This document shows positions 52,701 to 64,000 of a DNA stretch of 64,000 nt, in pieces; positions within the stretch are counted from its first letter, which is position 1; every line of letters begins with the position of its first letter. This DNA comes from the human T2T-CHM13v2.0 reference genome, Homo sapiens: the NCBI RefSeq assembly GCF_009914755.1, contig NC_060928.1. One strand, written 5' to 3'. Under the pieces are notes generated by a model. It had not been told where the DNA came from, ran no database searches, and was given only the letters and a program-made list of their open reading frames with translations. The position numbers and the translations under genes are program-made.

Positions 52701-55482
52701 CTACTAATATTGTAATTATGTTATGTAAGCCTCTTATAGCTTTACTAAGAGAGCTAAAACTATTAAAAATAATAATAACAATTTGTTGAGAGGCAATATA
52801 TTAGTGTAAATCATAACACCAAAAATTCAAAATGTGGGGGAAGAAGGGAGTTAATGTGTACAGTATTAGTTTTTTTTCTTTTGGCTTGGTTATATTATTT
52901 TTGGAAATCAAAGTAAAGTTGGTACCAGTTCTTAAAAACTTCTTATAACTATAGGATGTTTTTTTACACCTCATAGTAACAACATAGAAATGACCTGTAA
53001 TAGCACTAAAAATAAAAATCAGTAAATTAAAACATACTACCAGAGAAAATTACTTAACCACAAAGGAAGATGGTAAGAAAAGAAGAAAAATAGAGAGGAG
53101 TTACAAAACAGCTAGAAAACAAGTAACAAAATGGTGGTGCTAAGACCTTCCCTATCAATAATAACATTGAATGTAAATGGACTAAATTCTCTAATTAAAA
53201 GACATACAGTAAATGAATGCATTTAAAAATAAGACCCAAATATAGGCTGTGTACAAGAAACTCACTTCACGTATAAAAATAAATTGAAGGCCGTTTGCAC
53301 TAACATCTGAAACAAGATAAGGATGCCCATTTTCACCACCTTTATTCAACATAGTTCTGGAATTCTTGATGAGACTAGAGCAATTAAGCAATAGAAAGAA
53401 ATGAAAGGTATCTAAATTGGACAGAAAGACATCAAATTATCCTTGTTTGCAGATGGTACAATATTATTTTTATAATAAACTAGTCTCTACCAAAAACTCT
53501 TAGAACTGACAAATGAATTCAGTAAAGATGCAGGATATAAAATCAACATATAGCAACCAGTAGTGTTTATATATACTAATAGCAATCAATCTGAAAAAGA
53601 AATCAAGACAGCAATCTCATTTACAATAGCTACCTAGAAGTCAATTTCACCAAAGAAGTGAAATATTTCTACAAGAAAAACTATAAAACACTGATGAAGT
53701 AAATTGAAGCGGACACACAAAAAAATGGAAAGATATCTTAGGCTCATGGATTAGCAGAATTAATATTGTTACAATGTCTACACTACCCAAACCAGTCTAC
53801 AGATTCAATGCAATCCCTATAAAAATGCCCATGACATTCTTCACAGAAATAGAAAAAAACTATCCTAAAATTTGCATGCAACCACAAAAGATTCAACATA
53901 GCTAAAACAATCCTTGCAAAAATAATAAAGCTGCAGGCATCACACTATCTTATATTATTCTACATAGCTATAGTATCCAAGACAACATGGTACTGGCATA
54001 AAAACAGACACATAGACGAATGGAACTGAATAGAAAGCCCAGAAATAAATCCATACATCCACAGCCAACTCATTTTCAACGAAGGTGTCAAGAATACATA
54101 TTGGGGAAAGGACAGTCTTGAAAAAATTTTGCTGGGAAAACTGGGTAACCACATGCAGAAGTATAAAACTAGAGACTTATCTTTCACCTTGCACATAAAT
54201 CAACTTAAAATTAATTAAATATGTCCATGTAAAACCTGGCACTATGAAAAAACTAAAAGGAAATATTGGACAATGCTATAGGACATTAGTCTGGGCAAAG
54301 ATTTTTTGGCTCAAAAGCACAGGCAACCAAAGCAAGAATAGACAAATTGAATCACATCAAGCCAAAACACTTCTGCACAACGAAGAAAACAATCAGCAGA
54401 GTAAGGAGACAACCTACAGTATGGGAGAGAATATTTGCAAACTATCCATCCAAGAAGCAATTAATAACCAAAATATCTAACAAACTCAAACATCTCAGTA
54501 GCAATAAAACAAGTAATCTGATTAAAAAGTGAGCAAAAGACCATAATAGACATTTAAAAGAATGCATATAAATGGCCCACATGTATATGAAAAAAATGCT
54601 CAACATTCCTAATCATCAGAGACATGGGAATCAAAACCACATTAATATATCATCTCACCCTGGTTAGAATGGTTATTATCAAAAATACAAAAAAATCACC
54701 AATGCTGACAAAGATGCAAAGAAAGAGGAATGCTCATACACTGATGGTGGGAATGTAAAGTAGTATAGCCATTATGGATAAGAGTATGGAGATTCCTAAA
54801 AAAAATAGAACTACTATGTAATCCAAGAATGCCACTGCTGAGTGTATATCCAAAAGAAAGGAAATCAGTATGTTGAAGAGAAATCTGTACTCCCATGTTT
54901 ATTGCAGTGTCATTCACAACAGCCAAAATATGGGATTAACCTGTCTCCAGGAACAGATGGAGAAAGAAAATGCAATATATATACACAATGGAATATTATT
55001 CAGCCATACAAAAGAATTAAATCCTGTCATTTGCAGCAACATGTATAGAACTGGAGACCATTGTTAAGTGAAATACGCCAGGCACAGAGACAAATATTAC
55101 ATGTTCTCACTTACATATGAGAGCTAAAGCAGTGGGTGTCATGGATGCAGAAAGTAGAATGGTGGTTACCAAAAGTTGAGAAGGGAAGGGATGAAGGAGG
55201 ATTTGAAAAAGTAGGTTAAGGTGTACAAAAACACAGTTAGATATAAGAAATAAACTCAAGAATTTGATATTAGAGTGTGGAAATTATAGTGGACAATAAT
55301 TTATTGTATGCTTCAAAATAGAAGAGAAGAACTGCAATGTTCCCACCACAAAGAAAAGATAAATTTTTGAGGTAATAAATAAACCAATTACCCTGTTTTG
55401 ATCATTACACACTGTATACAGGCATCAAGGTATCACATGTATCCCAAAAATATATACAACTATTATATATCCATAAAAAATA
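49738..55482 (+). mobile_element. L1MA5-like element with both termini, tandem-repeat 5'UTR and internal ORF2 deletion
   Basis: 5' end 'gtgacttcactaagatggtagaatagaagg'; ORF1 remnant ~51750-52670; ORF2 start ~53130; L1MA5-type 3'UTR 'gttcccaccacaaagaaaagataaat...gatcattacacactgtatacagg'. Degenerate TSD aaaacaaaccta / aaaataaacta. Confidence 0.88.
50250..51470 (+). repeat. Diverged tandem array, ~9 copies of a ~137-bp unit, inside the L1 5'UTR
   Basis: Anchor CAGCAGATCC-like motif at 50261, 50399, 50540, 50669, 50804, 50942, ~51077, 51214 and 51351. Each is followed by variants of 'agtctcagctccag', 'ggaactatc', 'ctgggaga' and 'tgagcca'. Confidence 0.92.
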
Positions 55483-56004
55483 AACTAATTTAGAAACATC
55501 TGGGCATTTCCAAACATAAAGTTAAATCTCATCCATGGTACAGAGTATACATGGCTATTTTTATACCTCTCTAACAACCTGGTATGATTTCCATTTATTG
55601 TAAACACTTTCATGTGGAAGATATTCATTTTGGGAATTCCTCATATATTATTTCTGTGATTATAAAGTGGACTAAGAACCTAAGGTGAATTGTCATCTGA
55701 TGAGATTGAGAACAGAAACCATTAGATGTTCCATCCCAAACCACAAACTGTATCTTTTATTCAAATGAACCCAAACTTCTTAAAATCAAGTTAACAGAAC
55801 CAAGTCTACATTTTCCAAAATTCATAATAACATAGGAACCTCAATTAATCTAAACATTAAATTCAAGTTAGTTTTCATTCTTTCTAGTTCCACATCTAAA
55901 CACCAGTCTAATTTGGTATTGCTGCCACTTTGTTACTTATTTGTTCACGAACTGAACACATTTTCACTGAGCCAGAAATTCTCTCATGTTCTAAACAGTT
56001 TTCT

Positions 56005-56345
56005 CTGTAGAACAGTTCCCTTGCTCATGGAGCTTACAACTGAATGAAAAAAAGACAAATAATTAACAAGTAAATAAATAAGCCAGATAATTTCAGATCA
56101 TTATTGTAACTACGTAGAAAAGGAAACTGGATGCTGTATTAGTGTGAGTAGGCAGTGGAGGAGGTGGCGATAACGTGGTCCCTGAAAGAGCTCTCCAAAA
56201 ATGAGCAAGCTAAAATTTGAGTGATAAGAAACAGTCATCCATGTGAATATCTCAGGAAAAAAACATTTCAGGCAGTAGAAAAGACAAGAATAAAAGAGGA
56301 AAATCCAGGAAAGCAAAGAAACAAAAGCTTGAAATGTGGTTGAAT
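56005..56345 (-). mobile_element. L2 fragment
   Basis: 'cccttgctcatggagcttaca', 'ataatttcagat', 'catttcaggcag'. Confidence 0.65.
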
Positions 56346-56378
56346 TCAGTGATTACCTCTTAGTCACTAAATACTCTA

Positions 56379-56503
56379 AGGGCATGACCATAACGTGTTC
56401 ATTTGTCTGCAGCAATCTGTGTTTATGCCTATTGCCCAGGCCTAATAATTCATCTAGTCACTTTAAAATGGTCTGAATTCATGATGAAATGATACGGTCA
56501 CTC
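56379..56503 (+). mobile_element. MER94-like hAT-Blackjack MITE
   Basis: Termini 'agggcatgaccata' and 'tacggtcactc'; internal 'gtttatgcctattgcccagg'. Confidence 0.65.
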
Positions 56504-57142
56504 AGGTTACAAATATGAGATAATTGTAACTACTCATAAGATAATATTAGAAATTATGAATATAAACTTTACATTTATTAAACTCAGAAAACTGGTTTTA
56601 CTCATTACAATGTATTTTCTTAGGGAAATTCTCTGACTTTAGAACAACCAATTTTATCATCTTTTTCTATGATTCTTATACTCTGTCCTCTTAATTTTTT
56701 TACCTATGTGCTCCAAAGCTGGAAAAAAAAGTGAAAACAAGCTGAATCTTTAAAAAGACCACTAAAAATATGTCTCCTATTATGAGATTTCTTTAATTAT
56801 TGTTACTGCCCTCTTAATCTTTATTATGTACTGGGAAGTGGAACTATGGGAATGCAAGTGATTGATTAGACTTTTACCGTGCTCCTTAAAGTGTGCTCAG
56901 CCATGAGTTTATTTCCCAGTTTTCTGCAGCCACAAGGTATGCATGATTTTAAGGCAGTTTGAAGGCTGACAGCATAGAAACCCCAGGACTGGACATGGAG
57001 ATCAGCAGTTAAAAAGTGGGATGTGCAGTACAAATGTGCCAAAGAAGCATTCTTTCCATTGTCAAGCTCTTTTAAATCATTTATACTAAGTGGAAAGCAC
57101 TGTGAAATACACATATTTTTACATGGAAAGAGAGAGAAAGGT

Positions 57143-57240
57143 TAGATAGAGATAGATGATAGATAGATAGATAGATGATAGATAAATAATAGATAATAGA
57201 TTAGATGATAGATGGATAGATGATAGATAGACAGATAGAC

Positions 57241-57288
<48 letters not shown>
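57143..57288. repeat. Compound (TAGA/GATA)n tetranucleotide STR with pure (TAGA)12 at 57241-57288
   Basis: Directly visible. Confidence 0.97.
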
Positions 57289-58207
57289 AAATATATATGG
57301 TTTCTATCGGACCCCCAGTAAATAACACTAATTGTTTTTATGTTTAAAACCTCAACAATCCTGAGAAACTAAAATGCGTAAATGTTAGACAACAAAGGTC
57401 AATAGGGATGTGTACAAAAGTGTTTCTTGTGGTATTTTAAGGTTTGATTTATATCACCAGCCAAAACATCACTCACATTTAAATTTTTTTCTTTTTTAAA
57501 AAAAGAAAATTCAGATAATTTAAAGACATTCAAATGTGCGCTTGGCTCCAAGAGCCCTGGGGGATAAATATGGTAAAGTCACATAGTTTTATCTCTTTTT
57601 AACATTCCATTTGTGAGTATGTATTTGGCAATAGGCTAAATATTTAGAAGCCAACTGTGAATAGGGAGGCATAATTAACCTAACAATATAATATGTTTGT
57701 TAAAGGAGTAATTGGTCTTGGACTGCATCAATTACTCTACATTCACCAAAATAAATATTCCTTTAATTCTACATATTGTACTTTAAGATTAACTTGAACA
57801 TATGGGGAAAAATTACTTGGAAGGAGATTTGAAAATATAGTATCCGAAACATTAAAAATATAATATTGTATACTGGAAAAACAGTATATATCTAAAATTC
57901 ATCCTCCGAAGTATTCAGCATATTCCAGGAATTTTGGCTAGCTATAATATTTAGTAAAAGGAAAGAATACTATTCTCACAAAGCTTAAATATTAAGAAAT
58001 TGGAGATGTATTTCATGGGAAATTAAAGCCATTTTAAATTAAATGAAAGACTACATGTGCAAGAGGGATTATTTATTATGTATTGTCTTAGAAGGGAGTA
58101 CAAGAAAGATGAGACCTGGGCCAAAACTGGAAGGAGGGGCCGAGAGGAGAAGCCACCTTCAATATCAAATACTATCGAAAATACTACCATTTCTGCGTTT
58201 CTTCAAC

Positions 58208-58757
58208 TATAAGGGAGAAAAATTAATATATTTTCCTGAGTCATCACAACGTTCATGGCTGAGACCCCTATAACAAAAAGACTAACAAGAGAAAAGCATA
58301 CATTTATTTAAGTTTTGCATGCCATAGTAGCCTTCAGAAATTAAGACCCAAAGACCCAGAGAACACTGTATTTTTGTGAACAGTCACACAGATGTATGAT
58401 TTGAAGACAAAAGGAATGATCCAATGATATTAAAGTTGGGGAAAGTTAGCAAGGTCTGTTTGTTCAGTTTCTTCTGGGCCTTTTTGTGTAACATGCCTTC
58501 CCTCAACGTATAGGGCAGGACAACTGTCACATGAGAGTCTTCAGGGGAGAGGAGAGGAAGAAGGTCAGAGTCACTTTCCTAGGTTTTATGGTTTGCTTTG
58601 GGGAAGAAGAGGTAAGGGGAATTCTCCTCACTTCAGGAGAGAGGGCGGAAGAAGGTCAGAGAGACCTTCCTGCTTCTGCAGTTTTCTCAATTTCCTTCAG
58701 CTTAAAATAGTACACCAAGGTGCCACATTTTTAAGTAGCATTTCCTGCGCTCCATCA
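58208..58757 (-). mobile_element. MER31-like ERV1 solo LTR
   Basis: Antisense 'agaaggtcagagagaccttcctgcttctgc...ttccttcagcttaaaata...ccaaggtgcca'. 4-bp TSD CAAC at 58204-58207 and 58758-58761. Confidence 0.85.
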
Positions 58758-59410
58758 CAACATACATTTGTTAGGCTCATATATAAGGACCTTTGGAATA
58801 TACAAGGAAAAGCATTAATATTCTCACATTCACATATTATTTAATTCTTATATTTCTAAAATTAAGTTTTTGGTTCCCACTGATAAACATATGCTACTAG
58901 TTATGATTATTAGGCTGTAGGTAGCACAGAAGTATTTTTATGACCAGTTTTATATAAGCTTCCTGCTATAAACTTACCTTCTTGAAAGCAAAAGCACTAA
59001 AGTAATGCACATCACCTACAGTTATTGTGTTGTCCACATTGAAGTGTCCATATTAGAAGTGCCAATGGTACACGAAAAATGAAACATGTATTCTGTATGT
59101 GATAAATTCTAATGGCTATTGTTATTCTGCCAAGATGGTTTGGTAGATTGTAACTTCTGATATGATCGAATGTTTACCTATTTATCCAAATTAACATCTA
59201 AATTAGATTCAATGTGTACTTATTTATCCAAATTAACTTCTAAATTACTTAATACATTGATAGAAAAATAAAATCAATGCGCTATCCATGCTTAAATACA
59301 GTATTGGGAAATTCTTAATCATGCCCAGACCTAGTATATTGCTTGACACTAGAAATAATCAATGAGAGTATTTTTCTACTACCTGAAAGATTCACACAAA
59401 AAATTGTATA

Positions 59411-60061
59411 TGTAGATGTGGGACCTCAAGAGATTTTCCTGAAGTCAAAATGCTACTGGGTCAATGAGGAATCTAGCTCCTGGCCAAAATCCTATGGGGA
59501 TCTTTCAGGCACAACCATACGCAATCACAAGGCCTTGTCTGGCACATCTCAGAAGGGGAAACTACCCTCCCTATACCACAGCCAGTACATCATAGTTCTC
59601 TGGAGAGAGTTACAGTCAAAAACATTCCCCTCATGCCCCCAACTTCTGCCCTGCCACAGCTGACCATGTTCATACTCTCATACACTATCTGCATTCCTAG
59701 CCCAGCTTCCCACTTGGAGGTCTCCTTGCTGGGGGTCTTGCCTGAGGCACTTTTATCCACTTTGACTTGGTACTTTTCTATACCTAACCCTTCCCCTTCT
59801 CTCTCCCCTGCCCCAAACAGGTCCATCAGAAGGAATGAAACTTTTGTTTGGGTGTCCTCAGCAGTGAGATGATTCCCCTCATCTGTGCTGCGTCCACCTA
59901 CCCCTCACCCTGTGTCCATTCCATGGGGAAAATGAAACTGGAGGGAGCTGGGGCTTCTCTTCTTGCCCTTTGTTTGCACTGTAGCAGTAAGCAAAGAAAG
60001 ACTTGAGTGTTACTATAACTCATTGTCCTAATTGACCACCTGGATATGTAATTGCATGACA
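59411..60061 (+). mobile_element. Probable old ERVL-class solo LTR (family unresolved)
   Basis: ~650-bp GC-richer block starting TGTA and ending TGACA, with LTR40/41-like 3' part 'ctcattgtcctaattgacc'. Confidence 0.4.
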
Positions 60062-61084
60062 GTGACTAAAATGGTTTTTGTACTAAATTTACCCTGAAAA
60101 GTGTACATGAAAGGAGGTTGCTAACATTCCTTCTCCAAGAATTAGAAAGGGATTTGCCACCATATGGCATCATGGCACATGTTACTTATCACTATGAATA
60201 GAAATTGGCAAATATTAAACATCCTACAAGAATTTCAGCACAATCCAGATCTTCTTAGAAGCATTCATTAGCCAATTAGCCTAATGAAATGCAAATATTG
60301 TGTAATTAATTAAGGAAATCTTTTGTATCTTTTTAAGTCTGGTTCAGGTCATACCATCTATTCTCCACACCCAATTCCTATGACATTTATAACCCGTAGG
60401 TGTAGATAATCTATCCTTTCTATGCTATTTTATTATATTTTCCTCACATTTCAACCATATGTTTGCCATTACTTGCCATAGAATGTAGTTACTACGCACA
60501 TCTCTATCTCTCTCCATAGTTTCCAAGCTCCTAGAATACAACTTTGAATTCATCATTCCACTTAACCATTGTAATTATCACTATGTTTTGATTATAATAA
60601 GCATTCAAAAATATTTGTTAAGCCAAAATATTGATGTTATTTTGGAAGTTGTAAGAGGAATTAATCACTGTACAGCTTCAAAAGTAAACCCAGCTTCAAA
60701 AGTAAACCCTGTCCAGGAGTCATTTTCTGGTGGAAAATAAAGTTAAGGCCTTTTTAAATTTTTTTTATTATAATATAATTGTAGATTCACATATAGTTAT
60801 AAGAAATAAAACAGAGATATCCCATGGACACTTCATGCAGTTTCCCCCAATGGTATCAGTTGCAAAACTGTAGCACAGCATCTCAACCAGGATCTTAATA
60901 CTGATACAGAACAAGTTCCAACCCCACAGGGATTCTTTTTCCTGTTGCTCTTTTATAACCACACCCGTTACCCTCTGACTACCTCTTTATCCCCTGACAA
61001 ATCCCTGACAGTAGTTTATTATAATTTCTATAAGTTTTTCATTTCTAAAAAGTTACATAAATGGAGTTTTATAGACCATAACCT

Positions 61085-61735
61085 TTTAAAATGAATTTCA
61101 ACTTTTATTTTAGATACAAGGGTTTCATGTGCAGGTTACTGTATGGAAATATTGCGTGATGCTGAGGTTAGGGGTATGGATCCCATCACCCAGGTAGTGA
61201 GCTGTATTAGTCCATTCTCACACTGCTATAAGGAACTTCCTAAGACTGGGTAATTTACAAAGAAAAGAGGTTTAATTGACTCACAATTCCACATGGCTGG
61301 GGAGGCCTCAGGATACTTACAATCATGACAGAATGGGAAGCAGGCATGTCTTACATGGCAGCAGGTAAGAGATCAAGTGTGTGTCAATACAGAAAAAGCT
61401 ACCATTCATAAAACCATCAGATCTCATGAAAATCCACTCACTATCAAAAGAACAGCATGGAGGAAACGGTCCCCATAATCCAATCACTTTCCACCAGGTC
61501 TCTCCCTAAACACCTGAGGATTACAATTCAAGATGAGACTTGGGTGGGGACATAAAGCCTAACCATATCATGAGCATAATACCCAGTAGGTAGTTTATCA
61601 GCCCACATCCCTCTTTCTTCCCATCTCTCCCTCACACCTCCAGTAGTCCACAGTGTCTATTTTTCCCATGTTTATGTCCGTGTGTACTCAATGTTTATCT
61701 CCCACTAATAAGTGAGAAAATGAGGTATTTGGTTT
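61085..61735 (-). mobile_element. L1PA15/16-like 3' end nested in L1MC, itself split by an MST/THE1 LTR
   Basis: 'caacttttattttagatacaaggg', 'gcgtgatgctgaggtt', 'gatcccatcacccaggtagtgagc|ata', 'gtccacagtgtct'. Confidence 0.82.
61203..61570 (-). mobile_element. MaLR solo LTR (MSTA/THE1D-like)
   Basis: 'tgtattagtccattctcacactgctataa' to 'aaccatatca'. 5-bp TSD TGAGC at 61198-61202 and 61571-61575. Confidence 0.92.
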
Positions 61736-62782
61736 GAGACTGGCTTTTTTCACCCAGCATATTTCTCTCAAGATTCATCCAGGTTGTTCTGTTTCGATAG
61801 TTGGTTCTTTTTTGCTGAATAGTATTCTGTGGCATGGATTTACCACAGTTTCTTTAACTTACTGAAGGCATTTGAGTTATTTCCAGTTTGGGAATATTAT
61901 AAACTGTTACAAATATTTGTGTACAGGTTTGTAATGTGCACACATCTTTATTTCCCTGGGATAAGTGCCCATGGATACAATTGTTGTCTCATATGGTTGC
62001 TGTATGCTTAGTTTAAAAAGAAACTGCCAAATCGTTTTACAGAGAGGCTTCACCTTTTTACATTCCCATCAGCAAGTCTGAGTGATCCAGTTTCTCCACA
62101 TCCTTGTTGATATTTATTGACGTAATTTTTAGAATCATTACTTTAGCCATTCTTATAGGCATTAGTGATATCTCATTGTGGTTTTAGTTTAAATTTCCCT
62201 AGTGACTAATAATGTTTCATGTCCTTATTTGCCATTTGCAAATCCTCTTAATTAAAATGTCTCATGTCTTTTGTCAATTTTTTAATTGAGGTGATGATTT
62301 GGTTTTATTTATTTATTTTTTGCTTTTGAGATTTGAGAATTTTTATTGTATTCTAGATACTAGTCTTTTGTCAAATATATGGTTTGAAAATATTCTATCT
62401 CAATAGGCAATTTTTCATTTCATCCTCTGAACAGGTATTTCTCAGAGCAAGTGTTTTAAATTGTGATGAAGTTCAATTTGTCATTTTTTCTGTTAGGGAT
62501 TGTGCTTTGGCATCGAGTTTAAAAACTTAACCTAGCCCTAGATTTTCTTCTACTTTTTTTGTTTTATAGTTTTAGGTTTTATATTTAAGTCCATGAACTA
62601 TCTTGAGTTAATTTTTTGCATAAAATGTGAGACTTAGGTTGAGGTGTTTGTTTGTTTGTTTGCTTGCTTATTTGTTTTGGCATAAGTCTATGGATGTCCA
62701 ATTGCTCCAGCACCATGTTTTGAAATGCAGTATTTTCTTCCACGAATTATTTTTGCACCATTGTCAAATGTCAACTGGGCAT

Positions 62783-63640
62783 TTCAGAAGAAAAAAAATT
62801 GAACCCTTTTTTTCTTCTATTCTCACACACTACTCAACACATTTCTGATACAAGGTGTCGGTGGGGGGTGTTGTGGACTCCCCCCTCAACAAGCAGTTCT
62901 CCATCAGATACCAGATGAATGTACTATAATTCAATTCAGTTCTGACTATCCGGAGATAGCATCAGATCCCACAGGTTAAGGGCTCAGTCCCACAAGAATG
63001 TCTCCCACTTCAATGCCAGTCTCAAGCCCCTGGTTGTGATCTGTGCTCTGTCCAACTGGCTATAGATCAGGATTCATACAACTGCCTCTTTGAGTTGCAT
63101 TCATTTGTTAAACTGGCTCACAGAATTTAGGAAAACACTTTACTTGGGTTTGCAAATTTATTATAAAGGATATTATGAAGGATATAGATGAACAGTCAGA
63201 TAGAAGAAGTGCATAGGGCAAGGTAAGATGGAAAGGGTGTGGAGCTTCCATGCCCTCTCTGGGAACGCCACCTCATGTGGCCAACAATCTAGAAGCTCTC
63301 CAAATCTTGTTCTTTTAAGGGTTTATGGAGGCTTTATTACACAGACATGGTTGATTTGATTATATCATAGGCGAAGGTGGCCAACTCTCAGGACTTTAAC
63401 CTTTCTCCTGTCCCCAAAGGTTGGGGTGTGAGGCTGAAAGTTCCAGTTCTCTAATCACACGGTTTGTTCCCCTGGCCACAAGTCCGCATCTTGAGACTAT
63501 CCAGAATTCCACCAAGAGCTGCCTCATGAAAATAAAAGATATTCCTATCATCCAGGAAATTCCAAGAAATTTAGAAGCTGTGTGCCAGGAAGCAGGGGTA
63601 GAGACCAAATATATAATTATTGTTATATCATAATATCGCA
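62783..63640 (-). mobile_element. MER21-like LTR nested in L1MC
   Basis: 'gcatcagatcccacaggttaagggctcagtcccacaag', 'ggaaacactttactt', 'caggaaattccaag', ending 'ataatatcgca'. Confidence 0.85.
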
Positions 63641-64000
63641 GATATATTTGTGTGAGGACATTTACGAATTCTCTGTTCATAGATTCTCTGTTAATCTATG
63701 TGTCTAACCCTCTGACAATACCATGCAGTCCTTGCTCCTGTAGCTATATACCAAGTTGAAACTAGGTAGATCAATTTCATTTACTTTATTTTCTTTCAAA
63801 ATTGTTTTATTCTAGTTCCTTTGCCTTTACATAAAAATTTTAGAATAATCTTGCCAAAACAACCTTAATGGGATTTTGATAGGAATAGTGTGAAACCTAC
63901 ATATCGATTTGGGGAGAACTGACATATTTACTACAGTCAGTCTTCCAGTCTATGAACGTGTCTCTCCACATATTTATTTGGATTTAGTTTTATTTCTTTT

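Larger units (their letters stand above)
60750..64000 (-). mobile_element. L1MC1/2-like 3' region, interrupted by L1PA16/MST and MER21, running off the window
   Basis: 3'UTR 'tgtagattcacatatagttataagaaataa...cagtttcccccaatggta...gcaaaactgtag'. ORF2 antisense continues at 61736-62780 and 63641-64000. Confidence 0.8.

Noticed and set aside
43795-53295. L1MA internal deletions (junctions ~43806 and ~53285) as spliced L1 RNAs
   Set aside because: The junctions lack convincing GT-AG and polypyrimidine context; microhomology-mediated or ordinary deletion fits better.

Overview
This is AT-rich, repeat-dense primate (most likely human) genomic DNA: it carries an AluYa5 that matches the consensus as I recall it and an L1PA2 3' end. 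It looks intronic or intergenic. I found no intact protein-coding gene, RNA gene or CRISPR array, and no new biological system. Every protein-like ORF in the track is a frameshifted LINE-1 ORF1/ORF2 fragment. More than half the window is transposable element: four L1PA3-6 copies (two with twin-priming 5' inversions), a nested L1PA2, two near-full-length head-to-head L1MA elements (one with a ~9 x 137-bp tandem array in its 5'UTR), older L1MA/MB/MC/ME pieces, Alus, MaLR/ERV LTRs, hAT DNA transposons, MIR and L2. The most notable signal is that neighbouring L1PA copies of different subfamilies share many non-consensus variants, including a stop codon and a frameshift, which suggests local interlocus gene conversion. 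Also notable: three L1 insertions within ~130 bp of ancestral DNA, and a weak chain of minus-strand candidate exons. All subfamily calls come from remembered consensus sequences and need RepeatMasker/Dfam confirmation.
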